Positions 11,006 to 19,535 of a DNA stretch of 64,000 bases are shown here, in pieces. The stretch lies in contig CAZFYX010000072.1 of assembly GCA_964523885.1 (NCBI GenBank), positions 9,240-73,239 of the forward strand, given 5' to 3'. The number at the start of each line of letters is the position of its first letter. The first letter of the stretch is position 1. The notes below the pieces were generated by a model. The model did no database searches and was not told where the DNA came from. It saw only the letters and a list, made by a program, of their open reading frames with translations. This stretch comes from an uncultured Burkholderiales bacterium. Its GTDB lineage: Bacteria; Pseudomonadota; Gammaproteobacteria; Burkholderiales; SHXO01. A program made the position numbers and the translations under genes.

Positions 11006-12013
11006 TCAGCGGGGCATCCGCGCCCAGGTCGCGCATTCCGCGGACTCCTCGGGCCTCGTCCCGCCGGCGAGGATCTCGGCACGGGTCTGTTCGAACACCT
11101 TGCCAAGCGCGTGCGACGGGCCGGCTGCCTGGATGGCCGCATCGATCGTCTGCAGCGCCAGGCTGCGGCAACCGTATGCGTTCAGCGCGTCGGCGAGGTT
11201 GTTGGCTGCGACGACCTGACCGGGCTCGCGTGCGAGCACTGCCCGGTAGCCCTCGATCGCCTGCGGAAGATCACCCGCGCGGCGCTGCGCATTGGCCAGG
11301 CCCAGCCGGGCGAGCATATTCTCCGGCCAGCGTCCCACTGCCGCCTGGTACGACGCCGTCACATTCAGCCGCGGATTGGCCGCCTCGGCTGCGGCGACCG
11401 CGCGCACGAAGCCGTCGGGATCATCCGTTGCCGGCAGCTGTCCCGGCTCCAGCACCACCATCGACCACTGTCCGGCGAGCGCCCAGGTGCGCACCAAGTC
11501 GTACGCGCTGGTCACCTGCCGCCTGGTCTCGCCCGATCGCAGGATGAAGCGGTCGGTCTGCGCCGAATAGCCGATGACCACCGCGAAGTGCCAAACCGGA
11601 TAGCGCTCGAGGCCGAGATTCTGCAGCACGATCGCGGGGCGCCCCGCCTGCAGTTCGGCAAGCAGTGCCGCCAGCCTCGCCGGCGGCACATAGGCGATAC
11701 GGCCGGCGCTGCGCGCGGCGGCTGCCATCTCCAGCTGCAGCGATCCCTGCTTGCCCGGAATGTAGAGGCGCGGCCGTAGCGCCTCGGGATCGGTGTCGAT
11801 GCCGCTGTAGCGCAGCACCTCGGCCAGCGAGGCCGGGCCGCATTGGTAATCCTGCTGCGGGAAGAACGGGACCTCAGTCAGCTCGAGCGAGCCTGGTCCC
11901 TCCTGCTGCTGCAGCGCCTGCGGCAGCACCGGCGCGCGGGTGGCGCAGCCGGTGAGCAGTACCAGCAGGAAAAGAAACCAGCGCGCGCTGGCCGTGCTGC
12001 AGGCACTTGACAT
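11006..12013 (-). CDS. PA2778-family C39-like cysteine peptidase lipoprotein with TPR-like C-terminus
   Basis: 335-aa ORF with lipobox LLTGC. The Cys motif QQDYQCGPASLAEVL and the later WHFAVVIGY fit a papain/C39-like core. The C-terminus has TPR-like helices. Confidence 0.7.
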   Translation of the reverse strand: MSSACSTASARWFLFLLVLLTGCATRAPVLPQALQQQEGPGSLELTEVPFFPQQDYQCGPASLAEVLRYSGIDTDPEALRPRLYIPGKQGSLQLEMAAAARSAGRIAYVPPARLAALLAELQAGRPAIVLQNLGLERYPVWHFAVVIGYSAQTDRFILRSGETRRQVTSAYDLVRTWALAGQWSMVVLEPGQLPATDDPDGFVRAVAAAEAANPRLNVTASYQAAVGRWPENMLARLGLANAQRRAGDLPQAIEGYRAVLAREPGQVVAANNLADALNAYGCRSLALQTIDAAIQAAGPSHALGKVFEQTRAEILAGGTRPEESAECATWARMPR

Positions 12014-12026
12014 CGCAGCTCAGTAC

Positions 12027-12065
12027 TCCCTCTCCCCTTGCGGGAGAGGGCCGGGGTGAGGGGTA
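12027..12065 (+). repeat. Solo REP-like element
   Basis: CTCCCTCTCCCCTTGCGGGAGAGGGCCGGGGTGAGGGGT, read directly between the PA2779-like and PA2778-like genes. Confidence 0.85.
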
Positions 12066-12102
12066 CAGGCGGAGCACGGCCACTTGCGGGCCGTGCCCGG
12101 CA

Positions 12103-12465
12103 TCACTTGTAGACCAGCTTGCCGCTGGCAAACAGCCAGATGATGACGGCCAGCACGATCACCAGCAGGATCCAGCCGCCATCGCCCGCAGCCGGCAGCT
12201 GGTCGAGCTTCTGCTGCAGGGTCGCGATCTCGCTGTCGGTGAGGGCGGCGACGCGATCCTGTGCCTGCGCGGGATCGACGCCAAGGCCCACCAGCGCCTG
12301 GCGCACGTCGGCACGATCGAGCTTGGCCTGCACATCGGAGATCGCCGCTGCGCGATCCTGCAGTTGGACGGCGGACTGTGTATCGATGACCGCCGCATGC
12401 ACGGCCTGCATCATGCCCAGGTGCGACAGGCACAGGATCAGGAATGCGGACAGGAATCTCTTCAT
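12103..12465 (-). CDS. PA2779-family small protein (signal peptide plus C-terminal TM anchor)
   Basis: Frame of ORF 12103..12582 with the start at ATG 12465 (MKRFLSAFLILCLSHLG). Contains GVDPAQAQDRVAALTDSEIATLQQKLDQLPAAG followed by the hydrophobic tail WILLVIVLAVIIWLF. Sits immediately upstream of the PA2778-like gene. Confidence 0.65.
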   Translation of the reverse strand: MKRFLSAFLILCLSHLGMMQAVHAAVIDTQSAVQLQDRAAAISDVQAKLDRADVRQALVGLGVDPAQAQDRVAALTDSEIATLQQKLDQLPAAGDGGWILLVIVLAVIIWLFASGKLVYK

Positions 12466-12591
12466 GGCGGTTGCAACCATCGTGGTCTCCACAGGGCGAC
12501 AGATCGGGGATGCTGAATGGCTGGCAGCATTTGGCGTACCAGCCTCGTCCGCAACGATAGCGAAGCGACGCGATTCAATCAACGGCGCACG

Positions 12592-13137
12592 CTAGCCTTC
12601 GCCCTGCGCGGTTACGTCGAGCGCGACCAGCACCCGCGACACCATGTTGTACGCAGCAATCGTCCCCACCGCCTCGACCACCTTGCGATCGTCCTGCAAC
12701 GCCGCGCGCAGGGCGGCGAACGTCGCATCGCTTACCTGCACGCTGCGGGTCATCTCGCGCGTGAGGCGGATGATCGCGCGCTCGGTCACGTCGAACGGCG
12801 CGGCCGGGTCGGTCTCGGGGTCCGGCTGATGCAGCGCGTCGATCTGGGCCTGGGTGCCGCCGGCCTTGAAGAACACCGGGGCATGGTGGTGCAGCTCGTA
12901 GTCGGCGCGGTTCAGGATCGCGACCAGGCAGATCGCCAGCTCGCGCAGCCGCGAGGAGAGTGTCATCCGGTCGCCCCTGACCGCGTCGAACAGCCCGTTC
13001 CAGCCGATGGCGAGCGGCGGGCTGTACAGCAGCATGCGGTCGAGGTTGAACAGCTTGCCGCCTCGGCGCTGGCGGATCGGGCCGACGATGTCGGCGGGTT
13101 CGGCGGTGTCCTGGGGCAGGTAGGGCAGGCGGGGCAT
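12592..13137 (-). CDS. Carboxymuconolactone decarboxylase / AhpD-like family protein
   Basis: Frame of ORF 12592..13215 with the start at ATG 13137 (MPRLPYLP). Size and helical pattern fit the AhpD-like fold. The family call is by resemblance only. Confidence 0.6.
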   Translation of the reverse strand: MPRLPYLPQDTAEPADIVGPIRQRRGGKLFNLDRMLLYSPPLAIGWNGLFDAVRGDRMTLSSRLRELAICLVAILNRADYELHHHAPVFFKAGGTQAQIDALHQPDPETDPAAPFDVTERAIIRLTREMTRSVQVSDATFAALRAALQDDRKVVEAVGTIAAYNMVSRVLVALDVTAQGEG

Positions 13138-13232
13138 GGTGACGCTTGCGGGGATGAAAGGCCGCACGATAGCCGTTTCGCGCACGAGCCGCAGCGCGCG
13201 GGCTGACGGGGGCATGGATACGAAGTGCCGGC

Positions 13233-14276
13233 TTGAGCCACAATATGACCATGGCTACTCCCTTCCCCTTCTCTGCAATCGTCGGCCAGGACGAAATGAA
13301 ACTGGCCCTCCTCATCGCAGCCGTGGACCCCAGCGTCGGCGGCGTGCTCGTGTTCGGCGACCGAGGCACCGGCAAGTCCACGGCCGTGCGGGCGCTGGCC
13401 GCGCTGCTACCCAGGATGAAGGTCATCGTCGGCTGCCGCTACAACTGCGACCCGGCCCTGCCCGCCGCCCTGTGCGAGGAGTGCAAGGCGCGCGGCAAGA
13501 AGTCCGCGCTCAAGGACCACCTGGTGCCCGTTCCCGTGGTCGACCTGCCGCTCGGCGCCACCGAGGACCGGGTGGTGGGCGCCCTGGACCTCGAGCGCGC
13601 GCTGGCGCAGGGCATCAAGGCGTTCGAGCCCGGCCTGCTGGCCCGCGCGCACCGCGGCTTCCTCTACATCGACGAAGTCAACCTGCTCGAAGACCACCTG
13701 GTCGATGTGCTGCTCGACGTGGCCGCGTCCGGCGAGAACGTGGTCGAGCGCGAGGGCATCAGCATCCGGCACCCCGCGCGCTTCGTGCTGGTGGGCAGCG
13801 GCAACCCCGAGGAGGGCGAGCTGCGGCCGCAGCTGCTCGACCGCTTCGGGCTGTCGGTGGAAGTGTCCACGCCCACCGAGCTGGCCGCCCGCATCGAGGT
13901 GGTGCGCCGGCGCGACGCCTACGAGCACGACCGCGACGGCTTCGCGGCGAAGTGGAAGAAGGAAGAGGAGCGCGTGCGCAAGCAGATCCTGGCCGCGCGC
14001 AAGCTGCTGCCGTCGGTGGTCGTGCCCGACGCCGTGCTCGAGCGTGCGGCGCAGCTGTGCGTGAAGCTGGGCACCGATGGGTTGCGCGGCGAGCTCACCC
14101 TGATGCGTGCGGCCCGCGCACTGGCGAGCATCGAGGGCGACAAGACCGTCACGGATGCACATCTCAAGCGCGTGGCGCCGCCTGCGCTGCGGCACCGCCT
14201 GCGCCGCAATCCGCTCGACGACGCCGGATCCACCACGCGCGTCGAGCGCGCCGTCGGCGAACTGTTTCCCGCATGA
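13233..14276 (+). CDS. bchI: Magnesium chelatase ATPase subunit I
   Basis: 347 aa. FPFSAIVGQDEMKLALL and the Walker A GDRGTGKST fit an AAA+ Mg-chelatase I. Its stop overlaps the bchD start (ATGA). Confidence 0.95.
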   Translation: MSHNMTMATPFPFSAIVGQDEMKLALLIAAVDPSVGGVLVFGDRGTGKSTAVRALAALLPRMKVIVGCRYNCDPALPAALCEECKARGKKSALKDHLVPVPVVDLPLGATEDRVVGALDLERALAQGIKAFEPGLLARAHRGFLYIDEVNLLEDHLVDVLLDVAASGENVVEREGISIRHPARFVLVGSGNPEEGELRPQLLDRFGLSVEVSTPTELAARIEVVRRRDAYEHDRDGFAAKWKKEEERVRKQILAARKLLPSVVVPDAVLERAAQLCVKLGTDGLRGELTLMRAARALASIEGDKTVTDAHLKRVAPPALRHRLRRNPLDDAGSTTRVERAVGELFPA

Positions 14277-16081
14277 GTGAGCCCGGCGCGGTCGACCGCT
14301 GGGTCGACGCGACCACTGCGGCCGCGCTGTACGCCGTCGATCCTGCAGGTCTGGGTGGCGTCGTGTTGCGCGCCAGGCCGGGCGGGGCGAGGGACCGCTG
14401 GCTCGACCTGCTGCGCGGGCTGCTCCCGGTCTCGGCGCCGGTGCGCCGGGTGCCGCTGCAGATTGCCGATGGCCGGCTGCTCGGCGGGCTGGACCTCACC
14501 GCCACTCTCCAGGCGGGTCGGCCCGTCGCCGAGCGCGGCATCCTCGCGGAGGCGGACGGCGGTGTCATCCTGCTCGCGATGGCCGAGCGGCTGAGCCCTG
14601 CGACGGCTGCGCGCCTCGCGGCAGTCCTCGATGCGGGCGAAGTGGTGCTCGAGCGCGATGGCCTGGCACAGCGCACGCCGACGCGCTTCGGTGTGGTCGC
14701 GCTCGACGAGGGCATCGAGGACGATGAGCGCGTCCCGGATGCCTTGATCGACCGGCTGGCGTTCCACCTGTATCTCGAAGGCATCCGCCCCGACGACACG
14801 CGTGCCGCACTGGCGGGCCGCGAGCAGGGTGCGGAGGAATTCGCCGAGATGCGCGCAGCCGTGGAGGCAGCGCGCGGGCGACTGGACCGTGTGATCGCAG
14901 GGGAGTCGGTCGTCGAGGCACTGTGCTCGGCCGGGATGTCACTGGGCATCGTATCGATCCGTGCGCCTCTCCTCGCGTTGCGCGTTGCGCGCGCCGCTGC
15001 GGCGCTGGAGGGGCGGACCGAGGTGATCGAAGACGACGTGGTCGTCGCCGCGCGCCTGGTGCTCGCGCCGCGCGCGACGCGGTTGCCGACGGCACAAGAC
15101 GAGGCGCCGGAGGAGGCCCCGCCGGAGAGCGCCGAGCCGCCGCCGGAGCCCGAGCAGCAGGACGGCGCCGAGGAACAGCAGATCGATCCAGATGCCGTGC
15201 TGGAGGACATGGTGCTCGCGGCCGCGCAGGCTGCGATTCCGCCGGCATTGCTCGCGCAACTGCAGCTTGCGGGTGCGGCGCGGACGCGCTCGCAGGCGCA
15301 AGGCAAGGCCGGCGTGGAGCAGCAGGGCGGCACTCGCGGGCGGCCGGCCGGCACGCGCCGCGGCGACCTGCGCTCCGGCCGCCTCAACGTCCTGGAGACG
15401 TTGCGTGCCGCCGCGCCCTGGCAGCGGCTGCGGCGGGAGATGGACAGGCGATCGCGTCATGCCGCACAACCGCACATCCAGGTGCGCAGGGAAGACTTCC
15501 GCATCACGCGCTATAAACAGCGCACCGGAACGACCACCATCTTCGTGGTCGACGCCTCCGGCTCATCGGCGCTGCACCGCCTGGCCGAGGCGAAAGGTGC
15601 GGTCGAGCTGCTGCTGGCCGAGAGCTACGTACGCCGCGACCGGGTCGCGCTGGTCGCATTCCGCGGCAAGGAGGCCGAGCTGCTGCTGCCGCCCACGCGC
15701 TCGCTGGTGCGCGCCAAGCGCAGCCTGGCGGGGCTGCCCGGCGGGGGCGGTACGCCGCTGGCTGCTGCCATCGACGCAGCCGGGGAATTGGCGGATGCGA
15801 TCAAGCGCAAGGGTGAGACGCCGGTGATCGTGTTGCTCACCGATGGCCGGGCCAACATCGCGCGCGATGGGACGCCGGGGCGCACACAGGCGGAGGAGGA
15901 TGCGCTGGCCTCTGCGCGCGCGCTGCGGGCCGCCAGCATCACCACACTGCTGGTGGACACCTCGCCCCGTCCGCAGCCCACCGCCGCCCGCATTGCGGAG
16001 GAGATGCGCGCTCGCTACGTGCCGTTGCCGTATGCGGATGCGAACCTGCTGTCGCGCGCGGTGAAGACGGCGACTGCCTGA
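14273..16081 (+). CDS. bchD: Magnesium chelatase subunit D
   Basis: Real part of track ORF 13136..16081, starting at ATG 14273. It has an AAA-like N-half, an acidic Pro-rich linker (EAPEEAPPESAEPPPEPEQQDGAEEQQ) and a C-terminal VWA domain with MIDAS (VVDASGSS). Confidence 0.9.
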   Translation: MSEPGAVDRWVDATTAAALYAVDPAGLGGVVLRARPGGARDRWLDLLRGLLPVSAPVRRVPLQIADGRLLGGLDLTATLQAGRPVAERGILAEADGGVILLAMAERLSPATAARLAAVLDAGEVVLERDGLAQRTPTRFGVVALDEGIEDDERVPDALIDRLAFHLYLEGIRPDDTRAALAGREQGAEEFAEMRAAVEAARGRLDRVIAGESVVEALCSAGMSLGIVSIRAPLLALRVARAAAALEGRTEVIEDDVVVAARLVLAPRATRLPTAQDEAPEEAPPESAEPPPEPEQQDGAEEQQIDPDAVLEDMVLAAAQAAIPPALLAQLQLAGAARTRSQAQGKAGVEQQGGTRGRPAGTRRGDLRSGRLNVLETLRAAAPWQRLRREMDRRSRHAAQPHIQVRREDFRITRYKQRTGTTTIFVVDASGSSALHRLAEAKGAVELLLAESYVRRDRVALVAFRGKEAELLLPPTRSLVRAKRSLAGLPGGGGTPLAAAIDAAGELADAIKRKGETPVIVLLTDGRANIARDGTPGRTQAEEDALASARALRAASITTLLVDTSPRPQPTAARIAEEMRARYVPLPYADANLLSRAVKTATA

Positions 16082-16134
16082 GGACTGGAACGGGGCAGCT
16101 TCGTCGTCGCTTCCTCAGGAGCGGCAACACGGCA

Positions 16135-16208
16135 TTTCCCGCCTTGCGGGAGCGAGGCAACAGCAACCTCCCCTCCCCCCTTGCGGGAGAGGGGCGGGGG
16201 TGAGGGGT
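16135..16208 (+). repeat. REP-like element (one full and one partial copy) between bchD and bchO
   Basis: Full copy at 16167-16208 (CCTCCCCTCCCCCCTTGCGGGAGAGGGGCGGGGGTGAGGGGT). Partial copy at 16135-16156. Confidence 0.8.
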
Positions 16209-16221
16209 AAACCGGAATCCA

Positions 16222-17106
16222 ATGACCAACCACCTGCACTGGGAGCGTGACGGCCGGGACTGGCCGAACCGTGACGCAAGCCGGTTCGTCACGGCCGGCG
16301 GCCTGCGCTGGCACGTGCAGGTGCTCGGCTCAGGACCCGCGATCCTGCTCGTACATGGCACCGGTGCCGCGAGCCACTCATGGCGCGACGCCGCGCCGCT
16401 TCTGGCCGAGCGCTTCACCGTGGTCGTCCCGGATCTCCCCGGACACGGCTTCAGCGGCGTCCCCGCGCGCTCGGGCTTCTCCATGCCTGGAATGGCACAG
16501 GCACTGGGCGCGTTGCTCGCAGCGCTCGAGATCGAACCCGTGCTGGCCGTCGGACACTCTGCCGGTGCGGCGATCCTCGCCCGCGCCAGCCTCGACGGCC
16601 GGCTCAACCTGCGTGGGCTGGTCAGCCTGAATGGCGTGATGCTGCCGCTGCACGGGATGCCCTACGACTTCTTCTCGCCGCTGGCGAAGCTTCTGGCCGG
16701 CAACAGCTTCGTGCCGCGTTTCTTCGCCTGGCGCGCGCAGGACCGCGCGGCCGTCGAGCGGCTGGTGCGCAGCACGGGGTCGAAGCTCGACGCGCGGGGC
16801 CTGGATCTCTACGCCAGGCTGGTGCGCAACCCGGGACACGTCGGCGGTGCGCTGGAGATGATGGCGAATTGGGATCTGCGACCGCTGCAGCATGACCTGC
16901 ATGCACTGCAGCCGAGGCTGCTGCTGGTGGTGGGGGAGAACGATCGGACCGTGGCGCCAGCGGAAGCGCGGAAGGTTGCGCGAACCGTGCATGGAGCACA
17001 GGTCGTCACCCTGCCCGGCCTGGGGCATCTGGCGCACGAGGAGCGGCCGGGGTTGGTGGCGGATGAGGTGAAGCGCTTCGCCGCAACCGTCGGTGTGCCG
17101 GCGTAG
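16222..17106 (+). CDS. bchO: Magnesium chelatase accessory protein BchO (alpha/beta hydrolase)
   Basis: 294 aa with HGTGAASHSW and the nucleophile elbow GHSAG. The position directly after bchI-bchD matches other PGCs. Confidence 0.85.
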   Translation: MTNHLHWERDGRDWPNRDASRFVTAGGLRWHVQVLGSGPAILLVHGTGAASHSWRDAAPLLAERFTVVVPDLPGHGFSGVPARSGFSMPGMAQALGALLAALEIEPVLAVGHSAGAAILARASLDGRLNLRGLVSLNGVMLPLHGMPYDFFSPLAKLLAGNSFVPRFFAWRAQDRAAVERLVRSTGSKLDARGLDLYARLVRNPGHVGGALEMMANWDLRPLQHDLHALQPRLLLVVGENDRTVAPAEARKVARTVHGAQVVTLPGLGHLAHEERPGLVADEVKRFAATVGVPA

Positions 17107-17158
17107 GATGCCGAGTGAAGCGCCCCGGCCTCTTTTTGCCTATGGAACGTACGGTGTC

Positions 17159-17410
17159 ATGGTGAACGATCTGTACTTTCCGGGGAAAAGGCGACGTGGC
17201 ATTCACCTGCACGACGCGCCAGTTTGGGTAATGTATGGCGCCATCATTTGCGCCTGCCTCGTCATGCTGTCCATCGTCGTAGACCACTACGACAAACGCG
17301 ACACGGAGATCCATTACGAGAGGTTTGCGCGCACCTTCACTATGCTTGGTTTGAGCTTCTTCGTGCTCTCATTGATGTTGGCAATACTACAAAGGAGCTG
17401 GAGTGCTTGA
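17159..17410 (+). CDS. Hypothetical small membrane protein (two predicted TM segments)
   Basis: Part of ORF 17093..17410. Hydrophobic stretches VWVMYGAIICACLVMLSIVV and MLGLSFFVLSLMLAIL. Codon usage is visibly more AT-rich than in neighbouring genes. No recognisable family and the start is uncertain. Confidence 0.3.
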   Translation: MVNDLYFPGKRRRGIHLHDAPVWVMYGAIICACLVMLSIVVDHYDKRDTEIHYERFARTFTMLGLSFFVLSLMLAILQRSWSA

Positions 17411-17760
17411 TCTCGATGCCGATCTGAGCCGGGGGCGCGGAGGGGTGTGCTATCCCTCACTCTGGCTGACCCGCTACTGCTGACCCTGTCCCGTTGGACA
17501 GTATCTGCTACGTAGACAAGCTGTCACCGTTCCCTGTTATTGGAGACTGGCAGGAAGCTCGAGAGCGCATTCGAGGCGGGAAAAGTAGCCCGAGGAGATG
17601 AAATTCTGCCGCTGGAAGTCGGGTCGGGGCGGGGCGGCAAGCGCAAGATCACGGTGGCATGATGGACGCGCGGTGCCGGACAGTTTTTCTACAGCCTCCG
17701 GCCTCTCACAGCGCGGTCTCAGCGTCAAACCGATCTACTCAGGAACAAGGAGAAGAACCG

Positions 17761-19377
17761 ATGAAACGCCCCGTCACGCCCTTGGCGGTCCTCCTGACCG
17801 GCGCCTTGCTGGCAGTGCCTAGCCTGGCCCAGGCGCAGTCATCTCCGGCGACCCCTCCCGCGCTCACCACGCCGGACCAGGTCAACAGCCGGATAGGCAC
17901 GCTCGACTTCAGGGACGGCGCGCCGAGCCAGGCCACGCTGGACAAGGTCTACGACAACCTGGACTACACGCACGCCTTCGAGGCGTTCGTGAACACTATG
18001 CAGGGGGTGAACGCGGCCGCCCTCCGCAAGGGCTTTCTCGACCTCGGCGTGAAGGACAACGAGATCCTCGTGTTCTCCCGCCTGATGGACGCGAAGTCGC
18101 TGTTCCTGACGGCGAACGCGGACACGGTGTACTTCGTCGGCATCCTCGACCTCACGAAGGGGCCGATGGTGCTCGAGACGCCGCCCAACGCACTCGGCAC
18201 GCTGGATGACATGTGGTGGCGCTGGGTGACCGATTTCGGTGTGCCCGGCCCTGACCGGGGCGAAGGGGGCAAGTACCTGATTCTGCCTCCCGGCTACGAC
18301 GGGCCGCTGCCCGAGGGCGGGTTCTACGTCGCCCGCTCGAGGACGACCCGCGTTCTGATCCTGGGGCGCATGTTCATGCAGAACGACAACCCGGCGCCGG
18401 CGGCGGACCTGATCCGGAAGTTCATCAAGATCTACCCGTACGAGGCCGGCGGCCTGGGGACCAGCGTCGCCGAATTCCTGAGCGGCAAGGCCAGGCTCGG
18501 CCGGATCACGCCGCCGCCGGAGACGGTGTTCCACGAAGGCAGCGGCAAGGTGATGAACACCGTCCCACCCAACGATTTCAGCTACTTCGAGATGCTGAAC
18601 GAAGTAGTGCAGCAGGAGCCGGCCACCGCGCTCGACCCCGAACTGATGGGCCCGATCGCAGCGATCGGCATCGTCAAGGGCAAGCCGTTCGCGCCCGACG
18701 CGCGCATGCGCAAGATCCTCACCGACGCGCTCGCCGTGGGCAATGCGACCTCACGCAGCCTGTTCATGGCCCCGCGCGCGGCAGACTGGTACTACTACCC
18801 CGGCTCGGCGTGGTCGAATTTCCTGTTTGTCAGCGGGCACGAGTTCGAGACGCCGATCCCGATGATCACGCGGGAGGGCGTCAAGCCGTTCCCGCCTACC
18901 GGGTATCGCACGCTGGACGCGCGCTCGGCGTTCTTCTACGGCATCACGGGCATCACGCCTGCCATGGCGATGCGGCTGCCGGGGATCGGGTCCCAGTACC
19001 TGCTCGCGTTCCAGGACGCGAACAAGCAGTACTTCGACGGCTCGAAGACTTACAAGGTCACACTGCCCAAAGGCATCCCCCAGGCGAAATTCTGGTCCCT
19101 GACGCTCTACGACAACCAGACGCGCTCGATGCTGGATACACCGCAGGGCTATCCACGCGCCGGCAGCCAGAACTACCCGTCGCCCGCCGCCGAGGCGGAC
19201 GCGTCGGGCGTGACGACGGTGTACTTCGGTCCCAAGCAGCCGGATGGGGTCAAGCGGGGCAACTGGATCCAGACGATGCCCGGCAAGGGGTGGTTCGTGA
19301 TCCTGCGGCTCTACAGCCCGCTCGAGCCGTTCTTCGACAAGAGCTGGCGGCCGAGCGAGATCCAGCCGGTTCAGTGA
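17761..19377 (+). CDS. Secreted DUF1254/DUF1214 domain protein
   Basis: Frame of ORF 17659..19377, starting at ATG 17761 behind the SD AAGGAG. Signal peptide MKRPVTPLAVLLTGALLAVPSLAQA. The conserved layout is typical of DUF1254 followed by DUF1214. Confidence 0.7.
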   Translation: MKRPVTPLAVLLTGALLAVPSLAQAQSSPATPPALTTPDQVNSRIGTLDFRDGAPSQATLDKVYDNLDYTHAFEAFVNTMQGVNAAALRKGFLDLGVKDNEILVFSRLMDAKSLFLTANADTVYFVGILDLTKGPMVLETPPNALGTLDDMWWRWVTDFGVPGPDRGEGGKYLILPPGYDGPLPEGGFYVARSRTTRVLILGRMFMQNDNPAPAADLIRKFIKIYPYEAGGLGTSVAEFLSGKARLGRITPPPETVFHEGSGKVMNTVPPNDFSYFEMLNEVVQQEPATALDPELMGPIAAIGIVKGKPFAPDARMRKILTDALAVGNATSRSLFMAPRAADWYYYPGSAWSNFLFVSGHEFETPIPMITREGVKPFPPTGYRTLDARSAFFYGITGITPAMAMRLPGIGSQYLLAFQDANKQYFDGSKTYKVTLPKGIPQAKFWSLTLYDNQTRSMLDTPQGYPRAGSQNYPSPAAEADASGVTTVYFGPKQPDGVKRGNWIQTMPGKGWFVILRLYSPLEPFFDKSWRPSEIQPVQ

Positions 19378-19452
19378 GCCGGCCAGCTAGCCAGCGCCTG
19401 CAGGGGGCCCGCCATCGGGCGCCCCTGCAAGCATGGCGTTGAGGCTCGCAGG

Positions 19453-19476
19453 AAAACCGCTCTCCGCAGCGGTTTT
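19453..19476. terminator. Bidirectional rho-independent terminator between convergent genes
   Basis: 9-bp stem AAAACCGCT / AGCGGTTTT with loop CTCCGC. An A-run on one side and a T-run on the other serve both strands. Confidence 0.7.
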
Positions 19477-19535
19477 CGTCGCGAGCGCAGCGCCCCGGCG
19501 TAATCCTGCGAGCAGATCTGTCTGGTCGGGATTGC

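Noticed and set aside
13136-14272. N-terminal 379 codons of the 981-aa track ORF 13136..16081
   Set aside because: This part is an alternative frame across bchI. The genuine bchD begins at ATG 14273, which overlaps the bchI stop (ATGA).
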